NCBI GenBank assembly: GCA_037447605.1
Contig: CM074810.1
Coordinates: forward strand, 372,001 to 436,000
Reading direction: 5' to 3'
From: Zygnema circumcarinatum SAG 698-1b
Lineage: Eukaryota > Plantae > Zygnematophyceae
Length of the DNA stretch: 64,000 nucleotides
The translations under genes were made by a program, and so were the position numbers. Under the pieces are notes generated by a model. It ran no database searches and was not told the origin of the DNA. It saw nothing but the letters and a program-made list of their open reading frames with translations. Positions 12,533 to 28,797 of the stretch are shown here, piece by piece. The number at the start of each line of letters is the position of its first letter. Position 1 is the first letter of the stretch.

Positions 12533-13660
12533 TTATTTGATGCATTTTCCCTTGATACATTTCGAATTCTTGCAGCAGACACTGTTGCAGCACGTCATGC
12601 CATCACTAGGCTGCAACAGGACCACATCAAACGGAATTAGTTAGACGGAACTGAGTTCAACTGAGAATACATGGAACCCGTGCTCTCCTTTTACATTCAA
12701 AGGCCTAAAAGGCCCCTCAGTTACCCAAACATCCCCTTCAAAAACTGCGAACTACTCCAGAAGAGAGCAGGTTTAGGGTTTAGGGTTCAAAATCAGAATT
12801 CAAAACACAGCGCAGAGATTTTCTCCCTTCAAGAATCTCCGAGCCTCTGTTTCCAAACATCTTATCACTTAAAGTTTAGGGTTTGGGGCTTTTTTGAATG
12901 AAAAATCAAGTTTCCTCGAAGATCAAGTTCCGTTTTCAGCGTGGTTTTCTTTCAGAAACTTTACCTTTCCCAACCTTAGGTTTCCACCTTTCAAACTTTA
13001 AGCTTTAGGGTTCAGGATTCAAGGCTCAGCAGCAACTTCCAAGTTTGAGGGTTCAAGGCTCAGCAGCAGCTTAGTTTGAGGGTTCACGGCTCAGCAGCAG
13101 CTTAGTTTGAGGGTTCAAGGCTCAGCAGCAGCTTCCAAGTTTGAGGGTTCAAGGCTCAGCAGCAGCTTCCAAGTTTGAGGGTTCAAGGCTCAGCAGCAGC
13201 TTCCAAGTTTGAGGGTTCAAGGCTCAGCAGCAGCTTCCAAGTTTGAGGGTTCAAGGCTCAGCAGCAGCTTCCAAGTTTGAGGGTTCAAGTCTCAGCATCA
13301 GCTTCCAATTTTGAGGGTTGAGGGTTCAGCGGCGCTGACCATGCAGCACTTGGTGGCCCCGCAGGCGGGCCGGCAGAGTCCCTGGGCGCCGCCGCAGCAC
13401 GAGGAGGGCGCCCTGCAGGGGAGGTAGTACTGCCCGCCGCCCGTCACGTACCAGCACTTCTTCACCGCCAGCCCGCGCCGCCCCGCGACCGCGTCCAGGA
13501 GGGAAAAGGCATGCCCATGGCCATGGGCATGGGCATGGGCATGGCCCGCAGATGCATCCATGGCCATGGCCATGTCCGTCGCCGCGCTATCATCAGCATG
13601 CGCCATGAATGCCAGCGCGAGGAGGAGGAGGAGGAGCGAGGTCGCGCGGACAAGCGCCAT
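12533..13660 (-). CDS. Secreted cysteine-rich protein, 132 aa; exons 13660-13340 and 12610-12533
   Basis: MALVRATSLLLLLLALAFMAHA signal-like N-terminus. Phase-0 GT-AG intron joins ...GATKCCM to PSDGMTCCNSVCCKNSKCIKGKCIK*. 14 Cys in the C-terminal half. Confidence 0.8.
13017..13320. repeat. 34-bp minisatellite (GGTTCAAGGCTCAGCAGCAGCTTCCAAGTTTGAG), about 8-9 copies with 30-bp variants, in the intron of the Cys-rich gene
   Basis: Period of 34 read directly (units start at 13146 and 13180). Confidence 0.9.
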
Positions 13661-14172
13661 GGCGGCAGTCCAGGGCGGGAGTGGCGGGAGAGGCTGTGGG
13701 AGAGGGAGAGGGGGAGTGGGAGAGGGGGAGTGAAAGAGGCAGTGGGAGAGGGAGTGGTAGCAAGCGTGGTAGTGGGAGCGTAGTGTGGTAGTGGTAGTGG
13801 CAGAGGGCGATGCAGGGAGGGAGAGAGATAGGGAGAGGGAGTGGCAGGGCAGTGCGAAAGGGGGAGGGAGAGGGAGAGGGTCTATAAGGCCGCGACTGGC
13901 GGAGGTGGTTTGAATCTGCCAACTGGCCACACCTCCTCCCGGGACGCGCTCCACCGTTGGATCATCCGTTGACCAGATTGGGGCGACGAGGGCCGTTGGA
14001 TCCCAGACTGTACGGACTTAAGGACCCAACATGGAGTTGGACGCATGATGGACCACCACGTGGCCTTGACCGGAGAAGACCCTGACGCGCTTGTCGGTGG
14101 TGGTCGGTGGAAGCTGGCTCGTACGGATAAAACTGTACTTCATTTTTTGTCTTTTAGTGGAAGAATATCGTA

Positions 14173-14363
14173 CAGTAGACCCCCCCAATATTTTCGCCCC
14201 TCTTATTTTCGCTCCCCAATATTTTCGCCCTGAATTTGCCAAAACCACTTTTTAATATAATACTGCCCGCCTATTGTTAACACGCACCCTTATATTTTCG
14301 CTACCCAATATTTTCGCCCAATATTTGCCGAAACCATGGCGAAAATATTGGGGGGGACTACTG
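14173..14363. mobile_element. 191-bp pogo/Tc1-mariner-type MITE
   Basis: 26-bp TIRs CAGTAG(A/T)CCCCCCCAATATTTTCGCC, TA on both flanks (14171-72, 14364-65), internal ATATTTTCGC repeats. Confidence 0.85.
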
Positions 14364-15389
14364 TAAGGGGATACGAAGGACCGGGCCCGGCTGGATGGGC
14401 GACGTCGTCACGTCGAATCCGGGCAGAAATGTTTTGTTTTGGGTACGGGCAGGAGAATATCAAGATTTAAGTGCCTGATTCTGGATTATTATATACTGCC
14501 CGCATGCTAGGGCAGGAAAAACAATACGGAAGTGTATCAATGCTCGGCAGTCAGGAACGGGGAAGGGATAGGACCGACGTGTACGGTCAGTATAGAAAAT
14601 ATTCTTTTACAGTGACGAAATCCGATTTAGTACTGAACACGGTGCAAATTACGGGTTTAAATGTACTCGTTTTGATTTGTATTTATTAAAGTTATTTCTA
14701 TTGTCGTAGTGGAGGAATTCTCGTGATTTTGGACTCTCCAAAGAAGCCGTGAGAGCAGCGTTGACCAAAAGTCTGGCACTGTACGAACATGTATGGTTCA
14801 TTGGTTTGTCATGTTTCCCAGCTATAGCTCGGTACTATACACCTTGAGGAAGGGAAAATTTCATTGAACTCGCGATGGCGAGGCCATCAACGGTACATGG
14901 ATAAAAGCAAAATGTGGAACCACGAGGGACTGGTCGCAAAGGACCGAAACACAATGAAACGAAGCTAGGAGCGGAAAACTACGTCTAGGCGCACAACGCA
15001 GCCCCTAGAAGCAGCCGCGAAGGTCACCGATAAAGCGAGGCAACGCTGAAGGGCAACAGAAATGCGCTGTCGAAATCTTCCTTTTAGAGTACACAAATAC
15101 TAACCTTTCTTAGTTCTTATAGAAGCACACATTAACGCTAATAATTAATACAAACATATACATACACACAAACATATATAAAAATACTTCTTAAATACAA
15201 CACAAAAACCATATCTCATTATAAAAGCTTGCGCCATTTGTTCTCAAATTAGTAAATACTGGAATCACTGAAACACCCCCCCCCCCCTCCTTCCCTCCCT
15301 CCCTCCCTCCCTCCCTCCCTCCCTCCCTCCCTCCCTCCCTCTGTTTCCCTCTCTCTCTTTGTGCACACGCTTTTTTTGAGTTCTCTTAT

Positions 15390-15680
15390 TTGCTACTTTA
15401 AGTAATCCCAAATGCAAATAATATCATCTTCTAACATTGATGGGTTTTTTAAAGCTGCTTCAATAATGCGTAGTCTGTGTTCTTCTTGACAATCTTAGAT
15501 TCATAATTTTTGTTCTTCTTCTTGATCTTGGATTCGGCTTGCCTCAGTCCGCTCCCATTGCTGGTACTCCCACTCCAGTCTTTGTTGTTGCATCTCCACT
15601 TGAGATTCCACACAAGCCATTACTTTGTGTTTCATTTGTACATTTATGGGAGAAGCGTATTCAATGCTCAAAATTGCGCT
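15390..15680 (-). pseudogene. Degenerate coiled-coil-like coding remnant, possibly from a transposon accessory ORF
   Basis: ...ESQVEMQQQRLEWEYQQWERTEASRIQDQEEEQKL*, then past stops ...QEEHRLRIIEAALKNPSMLEDDIICIWDYLK*; no catalytic motif seen. Confidence 0.3.
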
Positions 15681-15816
15681 AAAACAACAACTCAATTCAA
15701 AGTTTTAAAGGAGAAGGCAAAAAGCAATAAAAAAAATAATAATAAATATTTGGCATATAAAACAAAAACACAAAAACTAAAAATAAATGAAAATAGAAGA
15801 AAGAATAAACACTACA

Positions 15817-15887
15817 AGTCAAAGAGGGGATTTGAACCCCTTTATTACTGTTTTGCAACAGTTGCGTAACCAATCCGCCACTTCGAC
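15817..15887 (-). tRNA. tRNA-Cys(GCA)-like sequence, 71 nt, with a non-canonical anticodon loop (pseudogene or tRNA-derived element)
   Basis: GTCGAAG TG GCGGATTGGTTACGC A ACTGT TGCAAA ACAGT AATAA AGGGG TTCAAAT CCCCT CTTTGAC T. Has a 7-bp acceptor stem, D, anticodon and T stems, A and B boxes, U73, and T-runs downstream. Confidence 0.6.
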
Positions 15888-16029
15888 TTAATGGGGAGGG
15901 GGAGGAATAACATACAGTCATACACACAACACAAGCATAAGCAAAGGAATGAGAGGTACAAGCAAAGGCAAGGGAGACAGAGGCAAGGGCAATACAGCAA
16001 GGGAGGCAGGGGCAGGGGCAAGGGAGGCA

Positions 16030-16335
16030 GAATGCGAAGTGCGGAATGCGAAATGCCGAATGCGGAATGCAAAATGCAGAATGCGGAATGCAAAATGCGG
16101 AGTGGGGAATGCGAAATGCCAAATGCCGAATGGGGAATGCGGAATGCGTAATGCGGAGTGCGAAGTGCGGAGTGCGGAGTGCAGAATGCGGAATGTGGAA
16201 TGCGGAATGTGGAATGCGGAATGCGGAATGCGGAATGCGGAATGCGGAATGCGGAATGCGGAATGCGGAATGCGGAATGCGGAATGCGGAATGCAGAATG
16301 AGGAATGCGGAATGCGGAGTGCGGAATGCGGAATG
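16030..16335. repeat. (GCGGAAT)n heptamer satellite, followed by CAG/CTG-rich trinucleotide tract to ~16570
   Basis: Tandem units visible directly; produces the MRNAECG/RIPHSAF ORFs. Confidence 0.95.
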
Positions 16336-16763
16336 CAGCAGCAAAAAAAAAAAGCAGCACCAGCAGCAACAGCAGCAGCAGCAGAAAAAGCAGCAGCACA
16401 AAAAACAGCAGCAGAAGAAGCAGCAGCTCAAATAGCAGCAGCATAAAAAGCAGTAGCAGCAGCAACAGCAGCAGCAGCAGCAGCAGTAGTAGCGTCTCCC
16501 TTGCTGCTGTTGTTGTTGCTGTTGCTTTTTCTGCTGCTCCTATTTCTGCTGCTGTTGTTCCTGCTGCTGCTCGTGCTGCGTGGGCCAGGGCGAGGAATGC
16601 AGGGGCAAGGGCAAGGACTCACCGCTGCTCAACTCCGCCGTCGTCACTTGCTCACCGGTCGCACTTTTGACCTCGTCGCCGGCTCACCGTTCAGTGGGGG
16701 GAGGCGAGAGGTCGCTCTGCTCGCTCCGCTGCAAGGATGTCTCGGGCGGCGGCGAGGGAGGAG

Positions 16764-16808
16764 CCCTAAACCCTAAACCCTAAACCCTAAACCCTAAACC
16801 CTAAACCC
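16764..16808. repeat. (CCCTAAA)6 Arabidopsis-type telomeric repeat, interstitial
   Basis: Perfect CCCTAAA units. Confidence 0.9.
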
Positions 16809-16968
16809 GCGCTGATCTGAGCTCGCAGCGAGCGAGCAAGCGGGCAGGCGGCGGCCGCGAGGCGCCGCGGCGGACCGCTTGCGCGGGGGTGACGCGCACG
16901 GCGACAAAACGGAGGGCGGCGGGCGGCGGGCGGCGGGCACCGGAGGGAGTGTAGCGGGGCGAAAAAGG

Positions 16969-17144
16969 GGGGGGGTCAGACGATGACCGAAAGGTGCAAA
17001 AGGTTACGAAATCGCTTTCTTGAATTCGGGGCGCCCGAACCTGCCGAACCTAAGCTTTTTACTAAAAACGATCGCCGTAAAACGCTGAATTCGCCCGACG
17101 GGCTAACGAAGTTGATTTGGCGATGGTCAAGGGCTGACTCCTCC
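16969..17144. mobile_element. ~176-bp MITE with imperfect GGGGGGTCAGAC..TGACC TIRs; same family as 29694-29918
   Basis: Left GGGGGGTCAGACGATGACC; right reverse complement GGAGGAGTCAGCCCTTGACC. The last ~60 bp align with 29861-29918. Confidence 0.6.
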
Positions 17145-17476
17145 TAATGCAAGCAAAAACGAATTCGATTGAAAATTAAGATTGGGTGTCAGGGTTCTCA
17201 TATCACCTGACATACAATTGACATTGATCATAAAAAAGCAATGCTCGAAAAGTGCTTTCCTTCAACCTCAACTCCTCCCTTCGTCTAACAAAAAGAAAGA
17301 GGCCGCCTCTGCCGACCTCGTCTCGAACTCGCAAGAAGTAAAGGCAAGAGCGGCAAACTCTCTCTCTCTCTCTCTCTCTTCCCTCCCTCTCTCTCTCTCT
17401 CCCCCTCCCCCTCTCTCTCTCTCGTCCCCTTCCAAGTGTGCTCCTCTTACCTTCACAGCCAGTCTACTCCTCCTCC

Positions 17477-20400
17477 TCAACCCACCCCCTCATTGTACCC
17501 AAACGGCACAGTCGAATTGTAATTTTTTATCTTCATGCGTTGCCCGCTCAAATTGACATACCGGGAAATTCCCGGAGCTGGGTCCGGGTCGGCCACCAGC
17601 AGGTCCGGGCCCGGCTGGGGGAGCCGCCACGTGCGGGGGTACGCCCGCGCGTTGTCCGTTTCGAAGTTGACATGCCACACGTACACGTCGCGGCACTCGT
17701 CCGCGAGAGGCTCCAACTCGCCGGCGCCGCCCACGATCCGGTTCAAAAAGTCAGGTTCCAAGTACCTGCAAAACGAGCACACCGACAGAGGGGAGGAGGG
17801 AGGGAGAGGGGGAGGGGGGAGGGGGAGGGGGAGGGGGGGAAGGGGGAGGGGGGGAGGGGGAGGGGGAGGGGGGGAGGGGGAGGGAGGGAGGGAGAGGGGG
17901 AGGGGGGAGGTGGGGAAGGGGGAAGGGGGAGGGGGGAGGGGGGAGGGGGAAGGGGGAGGGGGGAAGAGGGGAGGGGGAGGGGGAGGGGGGAGGGGGAGGG
18001 AGGGGGAGGAGGGGGAGGGGGGGAGGGAGGGAGGGGGGAAGGGGGATGGGGAAGAGGGAGGGGGAAGGGGGGAGGGAGGGAGGGGGAAGGGGGGAAGGGG
18101 GAGGGGGGAGGGGGGATGGGGAAGAGGGGAGGGGGAGGGGGAGGGGGAGGGGGAAGGTGGGGAGGGGGGAGGGGGAAGAGGGGAAGAGGGGGAGGGGGAG
18201 GGGGAGGAGGGAGGAGGGGGAAGAGGGGGAGGGAGGGAGGGGGGGAAGGGGGGGGAGGGGGAAGGGAGGAGGGGGGGGGAGGGGGAAGGGGGAGGGGGAA
18301 GGGGAAGGGGAAGGGGGAGGAGGGAGGGAGGGGAGGAGGGAGGGAGGGGAAGGGGGAGGAGGGAGGGGGAAGGGGGAGGGGGAAGGGGAGGAGGGGGGAG
18401 GGGGAAGGGGGAGGAGGGAGGGGGGAAGGGGGAGGGGGAAGGGGAAGGGAGAGGGAGGGAGTTCATTATTATTATTATTATGATGATAATTATACTTATG
18501 ATCGTTACAACTATTGCTATTATCAATAGTCCTGGATTTTATGGGCACACGAGAAACTTGACCAAAATTCCGCCAGATTTGACAGAAGTCAATTATTATT
18601 TTAGAAGCTCGTCTGACATGTGCAGTAGAAGCCTACATGTGTGTTTTGAAAAAAACCCTTAAAGATTCTGAGAAATTTTGAGAACCAAAAATGAAACATG
18701 GACCGTAGGAAGGTTTAATATCCACTTACCCCGGCTTTCCGAGAAGCCGAATGGGATGTACGGGTCGGTTTGTCTTCGGATCGGTCGGAGTCCACAAAAT
18801 TACGGAACTGGCAAAACCCCAAACCACAAAAACAAACAAACGCAAACCCACAAGAATGCGACAAACATGAAAGCCAAAACAGTTATCTTTAGGGTTTCCA
18901 AGGTTTTTAGGGTTTTTAGGGTTGCCCCCATATAACTTGATCGTATACCCAAACAGAAAGAGATCCCAAAGCACGAACGCTAACACAAGCTCATAAAAGT
19001 TTTGAGAGCTTCAGGGTAATTTATTATCTTACACTAAACTTCTCGAATTTCCATTTTTTATAAGCTATTAACAACAACCCAGGATGAACATAGGCAACCG
19101 GTTCAACTCCACTCACTCGAAAACAAAACCCGCCATGTCGATGGCATATTTGCGCATTTCGTTTCGGGGTTTGCTCAAAGACCACTCGGAGGTCTCCCAC
19201 CCAATGACCTCCTTCCCTCCTTTTCCGTCCTTTGTGGGCCCCACCAGGGCGCGCTCTACAAGGGGGTCCAACTGCCACCCGGGCCGCCTCGAAATGTGGT
19301 CCGCATTCCACAAAAAGGCGACCGGAAGAATACCGACACGTTCCGTCTTCCGGAGCTCTTCAAAGATCTGCCCGGGAGGGGGGGAAGGGGAGGGGGNNNN
19401 NNNNNNGGGGGAAGGGGAGGGGGTGGGAGGAGGGAGGGAGGGAGGGAGAGAGGGAGGGAGGGAGTAGAAAGGAAGAGAAAGGGCAAAAGTCAGAGACCTA
19501 GCATATATATTGAGGATACAGAAACTGCAATAAAAATTGAGCTCATCGTTTAGGCTTTCAGCTTTAACATGTAAGGTTTGAAGTTTTAGGTTTTTAGGCT
19601 TCCAGCGGTACTTAGAACGATTTCGAACCTCAAGGGGATAGGATTCTGCGTTTTCAGAGGACAGGCCTAGAAATTTTGTATCGTTGGGCTTTTAGGGTTT
19701 AAGGGTTGAAGGCGCACCATGGGGTCATAGGCATTGTCGTCGTCCATGAAGTAGACCAGTCCTTCGATTCGTCTCTCCTCTATGTATCTCAGGGCAGCGT
19801 TCCGTTGCCCCATTCCTTTACTGACATTGCTCAACTTAAAAAAAAAAAAGGGGAAGAGAAAAAAATGGGGGGTGGGGGATGGAACAAGCAAACAGAGAAG
19901 AGGGAGGGCGGGGTGGAAGTCTTGGGAGGGTGGTTAAGATAATAATAATAAATAAAAGGGGATGGTGAAGTGGGGCCTGCAGCTGTGAGGAAGGTTTATC
20001 TTCCCCATTGCGAATGTCAATTCGTAGGGTTTTTCCTTTCGTGTTTTTATCATTTAGGGTTTGGATTTAGGGTTCAAGGAGCGCACTTTCCGCTCGGCGA
20101 CGAGGTGGACGTAGTCTATTTTTGTGCACTCCTTCGCTGCGCCCACTCGCATGCAGCGCCCTGCCAGCCGCTCTAAGAGAGCGGACGTCTCCTTCGTCTG
20201 TTGGGCCACAAGCGAAAACAGATCATCCTTCAAGTTCATCTTTCTCTTCCCTCTCTTTCTCTCTCCCTCTCCCACTTTCTGTCTCTACCTCTCTCTCCCT
20301 CTCCCACTCTCTCACTCTCCCTCTCTCTCTCTCCCTCCCTTTCTCTCTCCCCCTCCCACTCTCTCGTCCTCCCTCTCTCCCTCTCTCTCTCCCCCTTCCC

Positions 20401-21104
20401 CACCCTCCCTCTCCCACTCCCTCCCTCACTCCCTCTCCCTCTCTCCCTCCCTCTCCCACTCTCTCTTCCTCCCACTCTCCCACTCTCTCTTCCTCCCTTT
20501 CTCCCACTCTCTCCCTCTCCCACTCTCCCCTCCCTCCCTCTCTCCCTCCCTCCCTCCCTCCCTTTCCCTCCCTCCCTCTCTCCCCTCCCTCCCCCNNNNN
20601 NNNNNCCCTCCCTCCCTCTCTTCCTCCCTCTCCCTCCCTCCCTCCGTCCCTATCTCTCCCTCCCTCCCTCCCTCTCTCCCTCCCTCTCCCTCTCTCTCTA
20701 ACTCTCTCTCATATTTTTCCCCTCTCTCTGTCTGAAGGGCATAAACCTAAATGAAGCTTAACTCAGCGCGCACTGCCCCGTGTGAGTTGTGCCCCTCCTC
20801 CCCTCACCTTGTTGTGCATCTCCACCACAATCCAAAGCAGCGGCGGAGGCATCACTCGGAGCACAGTCGTAATGCGGACCAGGTGCAGGGCCTGGGTGGC
20901 GCGCACATACGTCGGAGTCACGCATATCACCCGCCTCGGAGCGGGAGAGAGAGAGAGAGGGGCAGCAGCGGGAGAGAGGAGAGAGAAGTCGACCTTGGAG
21001 ATTGAGGAGAGCAGATATATGGCCGAACTGAGTAGTAAGATGACGGCAAAGAGGAGGCCGCGCGGGATGGAGGTGTTCTCGCTCTCGAGGGAGGAGGTGC
21101 CCAT
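17477..21104 (-). CDS. Glycosyltransferase family 43 (IRX9/IRX14 / GlcAT-like), type II membrane protein; exons 21104-20808, 20197-20087, 19834-19718, 19367-19117, 18807-18730, 17765-17477 (3' end uncertain)
   Basis: TM anchor, [62 protein letters not shown]; all junctions GT-AG and in phase. Confidence 0.9.
17788..18460 (+). repeat. ~670-bp (GGGGA/GGGA)n polypurine tract in a GT43 intron
   Basis: Essentially only G and A; source of the Pro-rich and Gly-rich ORFs. Confidence 0.9.
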
Positions 21105-21134
21105 GGAGGGAGGGTTGGGGGAGGCTGCCGTGCG

Positions 21135-21420
21135 AGGGTTTAGGGTTCAGGTGTCAGGGTTCAGGCTTCAAGGGTCAAGATTCAGGGTTCAGAGGTCAGG
21201 GAGGGTTCAGGGTTCAGGGTTCAGAGGCTTCAGGGATCAGGGATGAAGGTTCCACGTTCAAGTTTCAGGGTTCAGGGTTTAGGGTTCAGGAATCAGGGTT
21301 GAGGCTTCAAGGTTCAAGATTAAGGGTTCAGAGGTCAGGGAGGGTTCAGGGTTCAGAGGGTTCAGGGATCAGGGATGAAGGTTCCACGTTCAAGTTCCAG
21401 GGTTCAGGGTTTAGGGTTTT
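21135..21420. repeat. (GGGTTCA/GGGTTTA)n telomere-like variant array with an internal ~110-bp duplication, upstream of the GT43 ATG
   Basis: Repeated AGGGTTC units; ~21165-21275 recurs at ~21305-21415. Confidence 0.75.
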
Positions 21421-22092
21421 GAAGGGTGTCCATTGAAGGACTTAGAGTTTCTGGTATTCCGGGGTTTTCGAGGACTTCGCGTTCTGAGGTACGCATTGGT
21501 TTTTGTGTTTTCACTTTCCAAAGGTTTAATGGGTTCAGGGTTGAAAATTTGAAAGGTTTGTGATGTTGGGGTTTGCGGTACTTGTAGGTGTTGTCAAACA
21601 AAATTTAGGGTTGAAAGTTTAGGGTTTTAGGACTTCAGGGTTTAGCGTTTAGCTTTCGGCCAACGGTCAGTGAGCTAACAACTTGGCTGGCTAACAACCA
21701 TTGGTTGCTGATCCAACGGTTGGAAGCTTGTGTTAAACACATGGAATAGGTTGGCGGGACCATCCAGCTATTGACCAACCAACCAGCCTAACAACAAATC
21801 AACCAGCTTTCAAACTTAATATTGCCGACCAAACTAGTAAACTGTTTGGTCAGTCCCCTCCGGCGGGCCCACCACACGTGTCCCCAAAAGCGCATCCTCC
21901 GTGTCCACCTCAGCACACTGATGTGGCACATCCTGCCACGTCATCCCTCGCTCCCGGCGGCCCTCCTGCCGACATCCGCGTCTCTGCCGACATCGGATTC
22001 CCTCGCTGCGGGACCACAGCCGGAGCTTCAGCGAATGATATTTTGTCACGTGGCAGGATTGGACTTTCTACGACAGCGTGGACATACTTGAG

Positions 22093-22111
22093 CCAATAAT
22101 ATCATGCCACG
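22093..22111 (+). promoter_or_regulatory. CCAAT-N9-CCACG element (ERSE-I-like NF-Y/bZIP composite) between the divergent GT43 and PGK genes
   Basis: CCAAT AATATCATG CCACG. Confidence 0.5.
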
Positions 22112-22536
22112 TGTCAACATCTCCAGGAACCTGGCAGGATGCTGAGTCAGCAGCGGCCTGCCGAAAGTCACCCCCTGGAGGAAAGTGATCAATGAACTCG
22201 AGGACAAATTTCGTAGATTTATTTTCAAGATTTTTGGATCTGACCGGTGGAGTAGAATTTGGTCAAGCATGTTTTTCCTCGTCGAATATATGTTGTTATA
22301 CTCTGCCCGCTGCCCGAACTCCTCGTTTTGGACTGACCGTTCGCTTTTGTATGGATTTTGGAAGTACGGTTCCGCCGGGAAGGGCCGGGCAGATTTCGAA
22401 AATAATCTTGAGCACTCTCGAAAACTTTCACTGTCGATTTTTTTTTCGAGGAATTTTGTGCGAGTCAAATTCTGGAGCCCAAAACGGCAGAACGGCTCCA
22501 ACTGCTCCCTGAGACCCGCTCGTATTAAAACGCGCC

Positions 22537-22582
<46 letters not shown>

Positions 22583-22717
22583 GATAGCTATCTCTCTCAC
22601 TCCCCATCTCTCTCTCTCTCTCTCTCTGCGCTAGCTATCTCTCTCACTCCCTCTCTCTCTCTCTCTCTCTGCGCTAGCTATCTCTCTCACTCCCTCTCTC
22701 TCTCTCTCTCTCTCCCC

Positions 22718-28196
<5,479 letters not shown>

Positions 28197-28743
28197 AATG
28201 TGTGAAAAATTTCAAGCAGAGATCTCCTTTCTTTCTGCAATTCTGCAGAGTTCGAAGGTGGGTTTATAAGGTTAAAGAGAGAGATGGCGGGAGAGAGAGA
28301 GAGAGACAGAGAAGGAGGGGGGGGGGGGGGGGGNNNNNNNNNNGGGGGGGGGGGGGGGGGGGGGGGGAGACGAGGGTTGTGGGATCACTGCAGAGATGCA
28401 GTGGTGGTAGGGGAGATAGGGAAGCGTAAAACGTAAGGTGGGGCTCATTTTTAGCAATTTTTTTCGGAATTCGGTAGGTGATAGGTGGGGGGGAATAGGG
28501 ATTTTGGGAATTCATGAAGGGGAGTTTTAGGGTGAACAAGCAGGCTATGGTGGAAGGCTGGCTCTGTTCTGGGGCTGAATAGGAAATTAATTCTACAGTT
28601 GGCAGATAGCAACCTCGCAGGCCGATGTAGGGCCACAGATGTAAATATTTCACTTCATTGAAATTTGAAAACTTTTGGAGAACAGCGAGGGCTTGTTGAA
28701 CTGAGGATGGAAACCTATTGAGGGTACCCTTGTAGCGCATGAT

Positions 28744-28797
28744 CCAATCACAGCTTTCCACGTCGGAGGAAATGCTTACGTGGCGGACACGGATTGG
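28744..28797. promoter_or_regulatory. Inverted pair of exact CCAAT-N9-CCACG elements
   Basis: CCAAT CACAGCTTT CCACG at 28744-28762; CGTGG CGGACACGG ATTGG at 28779-28797. Confidence 0.55.

Noticed and set aside
15697-16783. Long ORFs with MRNAECG / RIPHSAF / poly-Q and poly-A repeats
   Set aside because: Products of the (GCGGAAT)n satellite and CAG tract, open on both strands with no domain content.
17438-18662. Several 265-375 aa Pro-rich or Gly/Glu-rich ORFs resembling extensins
   Set aside because: They are translations of an intronic (GGGGA)n tract inside the GT43 gene; only the flanking exon is coding.
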